From Spirochaetales bacterium (GTDB lineage Bacteria > Spirochaetota > Spirochaetia > JABEVK01), in contig JBAXAI010000002.1 in the NCBI GenBank assembly GCA_037142615.1, positions 128,001-192,000 on the forward strand: 64,000 nt of DNA. Reading direction: 5' to 3'. The position numbers were made by a program, and so were the translations under genes. This document shows positions 35,076 through 45,180 of this stretch, piece after piece (position 1 is the stretch's first letter; each line of letters begins with the position of its first letter). Under the pieces are notes generated by a model that saw only the letters and a list, made by a program, of their open reading frames with translations, ran no database searches and was not told the origin of the DNA.

Positions 35076-35870
35076 ATGAAAGACAAGATCAATGTCGTGG
35101 TTTGGAACGAGTTTGTGCACGAGAAGGAACACGAGGCGGTTCGGGCGGTTTACCCCGACGGCATCCATCAGGCCATTGCGGGTTTCCTAAGGACCGACGC
35201 CACGCTGAACGTCGAAACCGCCACCCTCGACCAGCCGGAACATGGCCTGACCGAAGAACGCCTGGCCCGCACCGACGTGCTGCTCTGGTGGGGCCACATG
35301 GCCCACGACAAGGTCAGCGATGCCATCGTCGACCGCGTGCAGCGCCGCGTGCTCGAGGGCATGGGGCTGATCGTGCTCCACTCCGCCCACTATTCCAAAA
35401 TCTTCCGGCGAATGCTGGGCACCACCTGCTCGCTCAAGTGGCGCGAGGCCGAAGAGCTCGAGCGCCTGTGGGTGGTTGAGCCGTCGCACCCCATCGCCGC
35501 CGGGCTCGACCAGTATTTCGAGCTCCCCTACGAAGAGATGTACGGCGAGCGCTTCGATATTCCGGCTCCCGACGAGTTGGTTCTCGTCAGTTGGTTCGAA
35601 GGCGGTGAGGTGTTCCGCTCGGGTTGCTGCTGGACGCGTGGTCACGGGCGCATTTTCTACTTCCGCCCCGGGCACGAAACCTACCCCACGTACCACAACG
35701 AGAATGTCCAGAAGGTGATCCGCAACGGCGTGCGCTGGGCCGCCCCGAGGGTCAACATTCTGGGCGTGGAGTCGAGCCCCAACATCACCGTTCCCCTCAG
35801 TCCCATCGCCCCAAAAAACGTACACATCGCCAAGGCAGGCGTAGTTCAGCATGGAGGAAAAAACCAATGA
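35076..35870 (+). CDS. thuA: ThuA domain (trehalose utilisation) protein
   Basis: [46 protein letters not shown]. Confidence 0.92.
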   Translation: MKDKINVVVWNEFVHEKEHEAVRAVYPDGIHQAIAGFLRTDATLNVETATLDQPEHGLTEERLARTDVLLWWGHMAHDKVSDAIVDRVQRRVLEGMGLIVLHSAHYSKIFRRMLGTTCSLKWREAEELERLWVVEPSHPIAAGLDQYFELPYEEMYGERFDIPAPDELVLVSWFEGGEVFRSGCCWTRGHGRIFYFRPGHETYPTYHNENVQKVIRNGVRWAAPRVNILGVESSPNITVPLSPIAPKNVHIAKAGVVQHGGKNQ

Positions 35871-36952
35871 GCATCCGCAAACCCAAGATCGGCATCATAG
35901 GCTGCGGCGGCATCGCGCAGCAAAAGCATCTGCCCGCACTTGCGGCCCTGAGCGACAAGTGCGAACTGGTCGCGTTTTGTGACGCCACCGAAGAGCGGGC
36001 CGTGAAGTCGGCCAAGCAGTATGGAGTCCCGGGTGCCGTGGTGTACACCGACTTCAAAAAGTTGCTGGCCGACGGTGCCATCGACGCGGTGCACGTGCTC
36101 ACGCCCAACAACTCCCACGCGCCCACCACCATCGCAGCTCTGCAAGCCGGCAAACACGTGTTGGTCGAAAAGCCCATGGCTGCCACCTCGGCCGATGCTC
36201 TGGCCATGGTTGAGGCCGCCGAAAAGGCCGGCAAAAAACTCACCGTCGGCTACCAGAACCGTCTGCGCGCCGACAGTCAGACCCTCAAGGCTGCCTGCCT
36301 GTCGGGCCAGCTGGGCGACATTTACTTTGCCAAGGCCCACGCCATCCGCCGCAAGGCCGTTCCCACCTGGGGCGTGTTTCAAGACAAGGCTCAGCAGGGT
36401 GGGGGACCGCTGATCGACATCGGCACCCACGCGCTCGACCTCACGCTGTGGACCATGGACAACTGGAAACCCCGGGTGGTGACCGGTTCGGTGTACGCCA
36501 AGCTCACCGAACACACTGAAGGAAACGCGTGGGGTCCCTGGGACCCCCAGAAGTACGAGGTGGAAGACTCGGCTTTCGGCTTCATCCAGATGGAGAACGG
36601 CGCCACCGTGTACCTCGAAGCCTCCTGGATCCTCAACATCATCAACCCCCGCGAGGCCGCGACCACGCTCTGCGGCACCAAGGGTGGGGCCGAAATGTTT
36701 GCCGGCGAAAAGCTGGTGTTCAACCGGGCGGCGCACGGCGCCCTGCTCGAAGAGACGATTTCAGTGGGAAGCGGACCCGCCTACTTTGAGGGCAAGTCGA
36801 TGAGCCCCGCCGATGTCGAGGCCCGGGGTTGGCTGGCCAGCTTGATCGAAGACAAGCCTGTGCTCGTCGAACCCCGCCAGGCGCTGGTGACCACACAGAT
36901 CCTCGAGGCCATCTACACGTCGGCCAAGTCCGGCAAGGCGGTTTACTTGTGA
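35867..36952 (+). CDS. Gfo/Idh/MocA family oxidoreductase
   Basis: [33 protein letters not shown]. Confidence 0.93.
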   Translation: MSIRKPKIGIIGCGGIAQQKHLPALAALSDKCELVAFCDATEERAVKSAKQYGVPGAVVYTDFKKLLADGAIDAVHVLTPNNSHAPTTIAALQAGKHVLVEKPMAATSADALAMVEAAEKAGKKLTVGYQNRLRADSQTLKAACLSGQLGDIYFAKAHAIRRKAVPTWGVFQDKAQQGGGPLIDIGTHALDLTLWTMDNWKPRVVTGSVYAKLTEHTEGNAWGPWDPQKYEVEDSAFGFIQMENGATVYLEASWILNIINPREAATTLCGTKGGAEMFAGEKLVFNRAAHGALLEETISVGSGPAYFEGKSMSPADVEARGWLASLIEDKPVLVEPRQALVTTQILEAIYTSAKSGKAVYL

Positions 36953-37055
36953 ACCTTGGCTGAAGCTGGCCCTCGTCGGCCTGGGTCACACAGGCCCAGC
37001 CTATAAACTTGACATAAATACTCAGGTACGCGAAGCTATGGGGCGAGGTGCGACC

Positions 37056-38780
37056 ATGAAGATGACGTTGCGACTGGTCCTGATTTTTGGCATTTTGATG
37101 TTGGGAGTCGTTGGTACTTTGGCCCCGTTGCTGATGTACAACAGCTACACCGTCATGGTCAGCGCGGGTGAGGAACACGCCCGCTACATCCTGAAGTCCT
37201 TCGAGTCCCAGTTATTCGTGGCGGACGACAACATCGACGATGCATCGGTACAGGCCAGGATCGACGCTCTCACACGGGTGATCCCCGACGCCGTCGAACT
37301 GAACATTTATCGGATTGCGGCGGGCGGCAAGGCCATTGCCTCAAGCGACCGAGCCAATGTCGGCAAAGAGGCCGATCCCGAAGATCTTCTGGCCGCCGAA
37401 AAGGACCAGACTGTCGTGCTGTATTCCCGAGAGAACGGCGAGTTCCTCGTCGATGTGACGGCCCCGTTGCATTCGAAGGTCGGCATTCCTTTTGCCATGG
37501 GACTTACCCTCAACCTCAAAGACGACGAGGCCGCGCTGGTTGGCTTCTTCCTCGGTTCGAGCCTCCTCGCGGTCGCGTTGCTCCTGGTCAGTTTGCTGGT
37601 CACGCTCGCGGTTTCGCGGTCCATCGTCAGGCCCTTGAAGCAGATCGGCAGCAGCCTGCGCGACATGGCCGATTCGGAGGACTTGCGTTACCGGTTCAAT
37701 CTGAGGCGAAAAGACGAAATCGGCGAACTTTCGCTGGCCTTTGACGGCTTCCTCGACAAGTTTGCCACCCTTGTTCAGGGCATCAAGGCCTCCGAAGCCG
37801 AACTCTCGAGCGTCGCCCAGACTCTTGGTGAACACACGGTACGCACTGAGTCGTCGATCCGCGAGCTACTGGCTGGCCTGGATGGACTTCGGGGCCAGGC
37901 CCATGAGCTCGAGGACAGCACCGCCAAGTCGTCGGCTGCGGTCGAGAACTCGACGCAAAGCATCGGGGCTCTGGACGAAGTCATCGGTGGTCAGTCGAAC
38001 TTGGTTTCGGAGGCCAGTGCCTCGATCGAGCAGGTGATGGGCAACATTGCCTCGGTCACCGGCCTAACCGAAAAGATGGCGGGCCAGTTCGAGGTGGTCG
38101 TGCGGGCTTCATCCCACGGCAAGCAAGTGCAAAACGCGACCGCCCAACTGATCACCGACATTTCGCAGCACTCCGATTCGCTGATGGACGCCAACACGGC
38201 CATCGCTACCATCGCCAGTCAAACAAATCTGTTGGCCATGAACGCAGCCATCGAAGCTGCACACGCCGGCGAGGCCGGGAGAGGTTTCTCGGTGGTCGCT
38301 GACGAAATCCGCAAACTTGCCGAAAACGCCTCGACCCAATCGCAGGTGATCCGCAAGGACATTTCTTCGGTGCAAAAGTCCATCGGCGCCGTGGTGGCTT
38401 CGTCGAACGAGCTGGGGGTCGCCTTTGACCAGGTGGAGTCGCGCATTGTCGAAACCGGTGAAATCGTCAACACCGTCAAGAATGCCATGAAAGAACAGGA
38501 CGACGGTTCGCGACAAATCCTTCACGTGTTGGAACGCCTCAACACCGTCACCGACTCAGTACGGCAGGCGGCCACGATTCTGACTCAGGGGAACCAGACC
38601 TTGCGGGCGCAGATCGAACGGGTCCAGTCGAACACGGTGGCGATCGCCTCCGGAGTCGGAGACTCGGCCGATGGCGTCGCCGAGTTTTCTGCTTCGGTGC
38701 ACGAGGTCTCTACCAGTGCCGCCAAGGTCCGTTCGACGCTACAGGGCATCGAGACGTCGCTGGGCAAGCTGCAGGTTTAG
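37056..38780 (+). CDS. Methyl-accepting chemotaxis protein
   Basis: Two TM, HAMP (DEIGEL), [38 protein letters not shown]. Confidence 0.95.
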   Translation: MKMTLRLVLIFGILMLGVVGTLAPLLMYNSYTVMVSAGEEHARYILKSFESQLFVADDNIDDASVQARIDALTRVIPDAVELNIYRIAAGGKAIASSDRANVGKEADPEDLLAAEKDQTVVLYSRENGEFLVDVTAPLHSKVGIPFAMGLTLNLKDDEAALVGFFLGSSLLAVALLLVSLLVTLAVSRSIVRPLKQIGSSLRDMADSEDLRYRFNLRRKDEIGELSLAFDGFLDKFATLVQGIKASEAELSSVAQTLGEHTVRTESSIRELLAGLDGLRGQAHELEDSTAKSSAAVENSTQSIGALDEVIGGQSNLVSEASASIEQVMGNIASVTGLTEKMAGQFEVVVRASSHGKQVQNATAQLITDISQHSDSLMDANTAIATIASQTNLLAMNAAIEAAHAGEAGRGFSVVADEIRKLAENASTQSQVIRKDISSVQKSIGAVVASSNELGVAFDQVESRIVETGEIVNTVKNAMKEQDDGSRQILHVLERLNTVTDSVRQAATILTQGNQTLRAQIERVQSNTVAIASGVGDSADGVAEFSASVHEVSTSAAKVRSTLQGIETSLGKLQV

Positions 38781-38844
38781 GTTGTCTGCTGACCTCGCGC
38801 CTGGGCGAAAGTTTGGGAACGGTTACCAACGACAAAGCCGAAGA

Positions 38845-39125
38845 GCTGCGCCGCGTGATTCTAGTTGAACCCTCGGCTCCCCGAAGGGACCCGGACGAAG
38901 ATTCCCCGCTGACAAGCCTGTTCAGGTCTCTTTCGGCCGTGTCGTGGGAGCAGTTGCAGAGCTTTGCCCACTTGCTTGTCGTCAGGTGACCCTCGAAGCC
39001 GTCGATCCAGGGGGACGGCTTCCGGAGGTGGAGCCTCAAAATGGATAATTTCTTTGTCCAGTCTTCCCGAGATCACCTGCCTCTCGTCTGCGGAGTCTAC
39101 ACCACGCACACCGGCCCGGACTTCC
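38845..39125 (-). pseudogene. Fic-family (DUF4172-type) gene remnant
   Basis: QVISGRLDKEIIHFEAPP joined out of frame to DGFEGHLTTSKWAKLCNCSHDTAERDL; the Fic core is missing; boundaries approximate. Confidence 0.7.
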
Positions 39126-39151
39126 GTCGATCCTTATAAGCACAGCCGACC

Positions 39152-39180
39152 TTGACAAGTTAGCCTCGTGTGCTTACTGT
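39152..39180 (+). promoter_or_regulatory. Sigma70 promoter of the mazEF-like operon (probably leaderless)
   Basis: TTGACA-17 bp-TACTGT, ATG follows at 39187. Confidence 0.6.
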
Positions 39181-39186
39181 ACTTAC

Positions 39187-39441
39187 ATGACAGCTCACCT
39201 TGTCCGCATCGGTAACTCCCGTGGAGTCCGGATTCCCCAGAAAACGCTCCAACTCTATGGCATGGCGGAGGGCGCCGAGTTGGAGCTCGAGGAGCGTCAG
39301 GAGGGTATCTTGATTCGTCTCGTGGTGTCGGCAGCGAAGGTGAGTTGGAGCCAGGCCTACGAAGAAATGGCCGAGGCAGTGGCCGAACGGGCCGAGTGGA
39401 GTGAATGGGATGCCTTGGCCGGAGATGGACATGCCGATTGA
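39187..39441 (+). CDS. AbrB/MazE family antitoxin
   Basis: LVRIGNSRGVRIP. Confidence 0.9.
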   Translation: MTAHLVRIGNSRGVRIPQKTLQLYGMAEGAELELEERQEGILIRLVVSAAKVSWSQAYEEMAEAVAERAEWSEWDALAGDGHAD

Positions 39442-39766
39442 GCGCTACGGGGTCTATTGGGTGAATCTTGACCCCGTGCAGGGTCATGAAATCGCCAAGA
39501 CGCGGCCAGCCGTCGTGGTAAGCGACGACGCCATGAACCGCCTGCTATCCACGGTGGTGGTGTGCCCGCTCACCTCGCGGCTGCATCCCCACTGGCCCTG
39601 TCGGGTGCAAGCCGATGTGGCCGGTCAACCCGGCGAGATTGCCGTGGACCAGATCCGCACCATAGACCGCTCGCGGTTAGGCAACAGCCTGGGGATCATC
39701 GCCCCCGAGAAAGCCGAGGAACTTCGCCATGTGATCACGCTGATGTACGGGGTGTTGGCGGGGTAG
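39431..39766 (+). CDS. PemK/MazF family endoribonuclease toxin
   Basis: WVNLDPVQGHEIAKTRPAVVVS...CPLTS...DQIRTID. Confidence 0.92.
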   Translation: MPIERYGVYWVNLDPVQGHEIAKTRPAVVVSDDAMNRLLSTVVVCPLTSRLHPHWPCRVQADVAGQPGEIAVDQIRTIDRSRLGNSLGIIAPEKAEELRHVITLMYGVLAG

Positions 39767-39809
39767 GTTAGGCCCCATCGTCCCATAATTGCGTGAGGCG
39801 GACGAAGGG

Positions 39810-40008
39810 TGGCCGAAGGCCAGTTCCTTTTGGCTCCGCCAAAAGAACGGAACCCCGAAGGAGGCCGGCCGCCTAGTCGCGGAACTTCTCGGGCAGCGAA
39901 GAGTGGGACGCCGGAGGGGAGGGGGTCGAACGATCCCGCAGGCTACTGCCGAGGACTAGTGAGCGCCCCCTCCCCTCCGAAGCTGGGGCCCGCTCTTCGC
40001 TGCCCGAG
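39810..40008. other. Highly structured intergenic element (possible ncRNA or REP/MITE)
   Basis: Arms 39888-39907/39989-40008 (20 bp, one G-U) and 39912-39925/39966-39979 (perfect 14 bp), plus upstream GGCC-GAA-GGCC and TTTTGGC-TCC-GCCAAAA hairpins. Confidence 0.65.
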
Positions 40009-40075
40009 CGGTGTTTGCACGCTAGGCAGTCACGCCCTTTTCAGAGGCTCCGGTTTCTGCTATTTTGACACCCCT

Positions 40076-41011
40076 ATGAGCCTCGAAGTTTTTGTTCTGG
40101 GTACCGGCGGTACCATGCCTTTGCCTCACCGACACCTCACTTCGGCTCTGGTGCGCCGCGACGGCGATTTGTTCCTTTTTGACTGCGGCGAGGGCACCCA
40201 GGTGTCGCTCAAGCGCATGAACCTGCGCTGGAAGAAGATCAACGCGATTTTCATCAGCCACACCCACGCCGACCACATCACGGGGCTGCCGGGCATGCTC
40301 ATGCTTTCGAGCCAGGTCGACCGCACCGAACCGCTGTACCTCATCGGCCCGGCCAAAGTCAAAGAGTTTTTTGACGCCAGCCGGCGCACCCTCGAGATGT
40401 TTCTCAACTACGAAATAATCGTGCAGGAAATTCGTAACCCCGAGGAACCTCAGGTGGTTTATACCGGCGACGGGTACAAGGTCCGTTCGTTCCCGCTCAA
40501 CCACAGCCGGGTCTGCGTTGGCTACACGCTCGAGGAAGACATCCGCCCCGGGATTTTCCATCCCGAGAAGGTGAAGGAACTCGGGGTGCCCATGGGTCCG
40601 CTGTGGAGCAAGCTTCAGGCCGGCGAAAGCGTGCAGACGCCCGACGGCCGGACGGTGACGAGCGCCGAAGTGCTTGGCGGTGCCCGCGAAGGGTGCAAGT
40701 TCAGCTACGTCACCGACACGGCGCCTCACCCGGGCATCAGCCGCGAAGTGGCCGGCTCGGACCTGCTTTTGTGCGAGGGTATGTTCACCCGGGATCTGGA
40801 GGCCAGCGCGCGCGAAAAACGCCACCTGACCAGCACCCAGGCGGGCGAGATTGCGAAGGCTGCCGGCGTGCGCGAGATGGGCTTGTTCCACTACTCGCCG
40901 CGCTGCAACGAAAAGGAACTCAAGCGTCTGTTGACCGAGGCGCGGGAAGTTTTCCCGCAGACCTTTCTGTCGAGAGACGGCCAGACGATAGAAATTCCCA
41001 ACCGGGAGTAA
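40076..41011 (+). CDS. rnz: Ribonuclease Z
   Basis: LGTGG, FDCGEGTQ, SHTHADH, TDT, HYSPR. Confidence 0.95.
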   Translation: MSLEVFVLGTGGTMPLPHRHLTSALVRRDGDLFLFDCGEGTQVSLKRMNLRWKKINAIFISHTHADHITGLPGMLMLSSQVDRTEPLYLIGPAKVKEFFDASRRTLEMFLNYEIIVQEIRNPEEPQVVYTGDGYKVRSFPLNHSRVCVGYTLEEDIRPGIFHPEKVKELGVPMGPLWSKLQAGESVQTPDGRTVTSAEVLGGAREGCKFSYVTDTAPHPGISREVAGSDLLLCEGMFTRDLEASAREKRHLTSTQAGEIAKAAGVREMGLFHYSPRCNEKELKRLLTEAREVFPQTFLSRDGQTIEIPNRE

Positions 41012-41036
41012 CTTCCGGCGGGGCGAGAGGGAAAAC

Positions 41037-41978
41037 ATGATCAAAGTCCACCAACTCGTGAGGTTCTACGGGAAGTTCACGGCCGTGAACGATGTCAGTT
41101 TCGAAGTCGGGAAGGGGCAGATCGTGGGACTTTTGGGTCCCAACGGTGCCGGCAAGACCACCCTGATGAAGATGCTGACGGGGTTTCACTTCCCCAAGAG
41201 CGGGGAGATCCGCATCGGCGGCATCGATATCCTCCAGGATCCGCAAAAGGCGCAGGCGCTCATCGGCTACCTGCCCGAAAGCTCGCCGGTGTACCCCGAC
41301 CTGACCGTCGGCGAGTACCTCGAGTTTGTCGCGGGTGTGCGGGGCATCGCCAAGGCTGAGCAAAACGCGGCCATCGAAAAGGCGTTGACGCAGACCGATG
41401 CCCTGGCCTTCCGCAACAAGGTCGCCAGCCACCTGTCGAAGGGCCAAAAACAGCGCGTGGGCCTGGCTCAGGCCATCCTCCACGACCCCGAGATCCTGAT
41501 CCTCGACGAGCCCACCAGCGGCCTCGACCCGCACCAGATTCTGGAGTTCCGCCAACTTATCCTGGCCATCGGCCGCGAAAAAACCGTCATCTTGAGCACC
41601 CACATCATGCAGGAAGTCGAGGCGCTGTGCGAACGCGTGCTCATCATGAACCGCGGCAAAATCGTCGCCGAGGGCAAGGCGGCCGACATCGCGCGGAACC
41701 TGCAGGGCGAAAACCGCTACGTGGTGCACTTCACCGGCGGTGCTGCCGCGACCGGGCCGTTGCTGGCCCAGCTTCCCGGTTTGCTGCGCGCCCCCGAGGC
41801 GGCCGAGGGTGGCGGGTTCTTGTGCTCCTTCCCGCTCGAGATTTCCGGCGGCGAGGTGCTGTTCGACTTCGCCGTGGCCCACGGGCTCAAGCTCGTGTCG
41901 CTGATTCCGCAAACCATCCGCCTCGAAGACCTCTTCGTGCAACTCACCAAGGAGGACACCCATGCAGTCCCTGCTTAG
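41037..41978 (+). CDS. ABC transporter ATP-binding protein (GldA-like)
   Basis: GPNGAGKTT, LSKGQKQRVG, LDEPT, STH. Confidence 0.93.
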   Translation: MIKVHQLVRFYGKFTAVNDVSFEVGKGQIVGLLGPNGAGKTTLMKMLTGFHFPKSGEIRIGGIDILQDPQKAQALIGYLPESSPVYPDLTVGEYLEFVAGVRGIAKAEQNAAIEKALTQTDALAFRNKVASHLSKGQKQRVGLAQAILHDPEILILDEPTSGLDPHQILEFRQLILAIGREKTVILSTHIMQEVEALCERVLIMNRGKIVAEGKAADIARNLQGENRYVVHFTGGAAATGPLLAQLPGLLRAPEAAEGGGFLCSFPLEISGGEVLFDFAVAHGLKLVSLIPQTIRLEDLFVQLTKEDTHAVPA

Positions 41979-42684
41979 CGTGTGGCGCAAAGAACTGCGC
42001 TCCGCCACCGGCAGCCCCGTCGCCGTCGGTGCCATTCTGTTCTTTCTGCTTCTCACCGGCATCTGGTTTTTGTGGATCAGCCAGTTCCTGGTGCAAAACA
42101 CCGCCAGCTTGCGCGGTTACTTCGCCACCTTTCCGGTGGCGTTCACCATTCTGATTCCCGCCATCACCATGCGCACGTGGGCCGAGGAACGCAAGCTCGG
42201 CAGCCAGGAGCTTCTGCTCACCTTGCCGGTCAAGACGGGTTACCTCGTCGCGGGCAAGTTTTTGGGAGCCTGGACCATCGTGCTGGCCATGCTGGTGCTC
42301 ACGCTGCCGATGACCTTTATGGTGACAGGCTTGGGCAACTTCGAGATCGGTGAGATTGTCGGCGAGTACCTCGGCATCGTGTTCTTGTCGGCCGCCGCCA
42401 CCGCGCTGGGCGTGTTTCTTTCGGGCCTGACCACCAACACCATTTCGGCCTTTCTGCTGTCGGTGGCCGGGCTGCTGCTGTTTGCCGTGGGGGGCAGCAT
42501 CGCCGCCATCATCAACCTGCCGAACGCTGTCGTGGAAGGCATCCGCTTTTTCAGTCTCGACAGCCGGTACTCCACCTTCCAGCGCGGCATTCTCGATAGC
42601 CGCGACGCGCTGTACTTTGTCTGGTTCACGGCGTTGTTCCTGTACTTGAACAGCAAGATCCTCATCCTCAGGAAGTGGAAGTAA
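41962..42684 (+). CDS. ABC-2 type permease (GldF-like)
   Basis: PAITMRTWAEERKLGSQELLLTLP. Confidence 0.9.
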   Translation: MQSLLSVWRKELRSATGSPVAVGAILFFLLLTGIWFLWISQFLVQNTASLRGYFATFPVAFTILIPAITMRTWAEERKLGSQELLLTLPVKTGYLVAGKFLGAWTIVLAMLVLTLPMTFMVTGLGNFEIGEIVGEYLGIVFLSAAATALGVFLSGLTTNTISAFLLSVAGLLLFAVGGSIAAIINLPNAVVEGIRFFSLDSRYSTFQRGILDSRDALYFVWFTALFLYLNSKILILRKWK

Positions 42685-42685
42685 G

Positions 42686-44215
42686 ATGAGTCACCAACAA
42701 ACGCACGAAAAGATCCTGCTTTGGCTGTCGCTCGGCATCTTCGCCGCCGCCGTGGTCAACCTGAGCGTGTTCGGATTCCGCCTCGACCTGACTTCGGCCG
42801 GCTCGTGGTCGATTTCGAAAGCGACGGTAGCAACGCTGGCCCAGGCCAAGGAAGAGCTGAGCATCACCTACTACCTCAGCAAGAAGCTCACCACCTACTA
42901 TCCCGTCACCCAGGGACTGGCAGACTTTCTCGCCGAGTACGCGGCCGCCTCGGGTGGCAAGGTCAAGGTGCACGTGGTTGATCCCGCCGACACCGGCGAA
43001 CTGAACGACATGGCCCGCTGGGGAATCCTGGGCAACCAGATCAACGTCGTCGAGCAGAGCCAGCAGACGCAGGCCATGGTGTACTCGGGCATCCTCATCC
43101 GCTACCTCGACCGTCAAGAAGTTCTTCCGCAGGTGCAGCAGGTCGAGACGTTGGAGTACGACCTGACAAGCCATATCGACAAGCTGATCACCCAGAAGAC
43201 CAAAACCTACGCCCTGCTGTCGGCAGACCCGGCCAAGACTCTCGAGAATACCTACCGGCTCCTGGCGCAAACCCTGACCAAGAACGCGTCGTTTGTCGCG
43301 CTGCAGCCCGGCGAGGCCATCGGCGAAAACGTCACCGCCGTCATCGTGGCAGGCAGCAAAGGCATCACCGAGGCAGCGCTCAAACCCCTCGACGACTACC
43401 TGATGAAGGGCGGCAAGCTGCTGATCGCAGCCGATGGCGTGTTCGTCGACATCGCGAACGCCCAAGCTGCCGCTGTACCCGCCGGTGACAACGCGCTGCT
43501 CAGGGCGCTGAGAGGCTGGGGTGTGCAAGTGGACCAGAGCCTGGTGCTCGACGCCTACAACGAGCTCGTGCAATTCCAGTCCTCACAGGGAGTTGCGCTG
43601 CGCCGCTATCCGGAATGGGTGCAGATTCTCCCCAAGAACACCTCGACAACAAACCCAGTGACCAGCCGGTTTGGGGGCCTGTCCCTGATGTGGGCGAGTC
43701 CGCTCACGGCAACGCCCGTCGCCGGAATCAAGGCCGAAAACTTGGCCTGGACAAGCGAGAAGTCGTGGCTCATGAAAGACAACCTCACGATTGATCCCGA
43801 CCAGTCGGCCCGCACCGGAGTCTTGCCGGGGGTTGTGCTGGGCAAGCAGACTGTGGTGATGGCCCTCACCGGGACCTTTGCTTCGTCGTTCCCCAACGGG
43901 GGGAGCAGCCCTGCTACCCGCATCGTCGTTGCTGGTTCTTCGAACTTCCTCACCGACCTGATGCAGATGATCCAGACCGACGCCAACGCCGCGTTCGCCG
44001 AAAACGCTCTGGGCTGGCTGGCTCAGGACGAAGGCCTGCTGTCGATCAAGACCCGCACTTATCGCGATAAGAACCTCACACTGTTGCAGGATCCGCAGGT
44101 TCGTAACCAGGCCGCCTTCGCGCTGTCGTTCGTCAACTTGGCGTTTGTACCGCTGTTGGTGCTCGGCTGGGGGCTCTTCCGGTTCCTGCGCCGCCGCCGC
44201 CGGGAGCAAGACTGA
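42686..44215 (+). CDS. GldG-family ABC auxiliary protein
   Basis: RLDLT....SIS, LEYDLTS, DDYLMKGG, C-terminal TM followed by RRRRR. Confidence 0.88.
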   Translation: MSHQQTHEKILLWLSLGIFAAAVVNLSVFGFRLDLTSAGSWSISKATVATLAQAKEELSITYYLSKKLTTYYPVTQGLADFLAEYAAASGGKVKVHVVDPADTGELNDMARWGILGNQINVVEQSQQTQAMVYSGILIRYLDRQEVLPQVQQVETLEYDLTSHIDKLITQKTKTYALLSADPAKTLENTYRLLAQTLTKNASFVALQPGEAIGENVTAVIVAGSKGITEAALKPLDDYLMKGGKLLIAADGVFVDIANAQAAAVPAGDNALLRALRGWGVQVDQSLVLDAYNELVQFQSSQGVALRRYPEWVQILPKNTSTTNPVTSRFGGLSLMWASPLTATPVAGIKAENLAWTSEKSWLMKDNLTIDPDQSARTGVLPGVVLGKQTVVMALTGTFASSFPNGGSSPATRIVVAGSSNFLTDLMQMIQTDANAAFAENALGWLAQDEGLLSIKTRTYRDKNLTLLQDPQVRNQAAFALSFVNLAFVPLLVLGWGLFRFLRRRRREQD

Positions 44216-44235
44216 TGAAAACAGGAGAACGATCC

Positions 44236-45168
44236 ATGGATTACCGAACCAAAGTCACCGTGCTGTCTGCCTTGTTGGGCCTGCTCACCCTCACCGCGGT
44301 TCTCGGTGTCGTCTTTTCGGGCCAGTCGATGGCCCAGCGTCAGGCGCAGGAGGCTTTGTTGCCTGGTTTTCAGGCCGACTTGGTGACGTCGTTGGAACTG
44401 CCCAAAGAAACCGTGCTGACGCGGACTCCCGCTGGCACCACGCAAGCCTGGGCACTCAAAGTGAGCGGTCAGGCGTATCCTGCCGCCCCCGAGCGGGTCA
44501 CGGACTACCTCAAGGCCTTGGGTGGCCTTCGACGCGAGCGGCTGGTGGGCCGTTCTGTGGCGTTGGCCGAGTTTGGGCTCGACGCTCCCCAGAGTGTTCT
44601 GGTGAAGGACAAAACCGGCCGCGTGCTGTTCGAAATCCTCGCCGGAAAGTCCGACGCCTCGGCGACCAAAGTGTATGTGCAGCTCAAGGGCTCGCCCGAG
44701 GTCTGGGAAACCGACGCCGCTCTGGTGCGACCGTTGCAGGTGGACTTCAACACGTGGGCAGACCTCACGTTGGCTCCTGGCAAGAAGCCTTCCGACCTGA
44801 CTCGGCTCACCTACACGGGCGCTCTCGAAGCCGCCGACAAGACGAAATATGCGGCCTTTGACCTGGTGAAGGGGGGAACTCCTGAAAAGCCCGAATGGAC
44901 CAATCAGCTCGACAAGTCAAAACCGGCCAAAGCCGTCACTTGGGTCAATCAGGTGGCCAGCTACCGTTTCGGTGTGTTCTTTTCGCCGGGCGAGGCCACG
45001 GCGATTGACGGCTCAGGGGGCAAGCTGGTGCTGGAATGGGGCGACAACACGCGAACCGAAGTTACGCTAGGTGCTCGCGACGCCCAGAACCGCTACCCGG
45101 CCACCGACGGCCAACGCAAGTTCTGGGTTTACGACTGGTCGCTGAGTCAGCTCCTGTTTCAGCCCTAG
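44236..45168 (+). CDS. DUF4340-like membrane-anchored protein
   Basis: N-terminal TM, LAEFGLDAP, YVQ...VW; usual fourth gene of GldAFG-like operons; alternative start 44215. Confidence 0.75.
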   Translation: MDYRTKVTVLSALLGLLTLTAVLGVVFSGQSMAQRQAQEALLPGFQADLVTSLELPKETVLTRTPAGTTQAWALKVSGQAYPAAPERVTDYLKALGGLRRERLVGRSVALAEFGLDAPQSVLVKDKTGRVLFEILAGKSDASATKVYVQLKGSPEVWETDAALVRPLQVDFNTWADLTLAPGKKPSDLTRLTYTGALEAADKTKYAAFDLVKGGTPEKPEWTNQLDKSKPAKAVTWVNQVASYRFGVFFSPGEATAIDGSGGKLVLEWGDNTRTEVTLGARDAQNRYPATDGQRKFWVYDWSLSQLLFQP

Positions 45169-45180
45169 TTCGACAGCCCG

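Noticed and set aside
39810-40008. SRP RNA, tRNA or tmRNA identity for the structured element
   Set aside because: No SRP domain IV motif, cloverleaf/T-loop or tag reading frame recognised
41037-45168. GldA/F/G-like genes as evidence of gliding motility
   Set aside because: This ABC module is widespread in non-gliding bacteria and no other gld/T9SS genes are present
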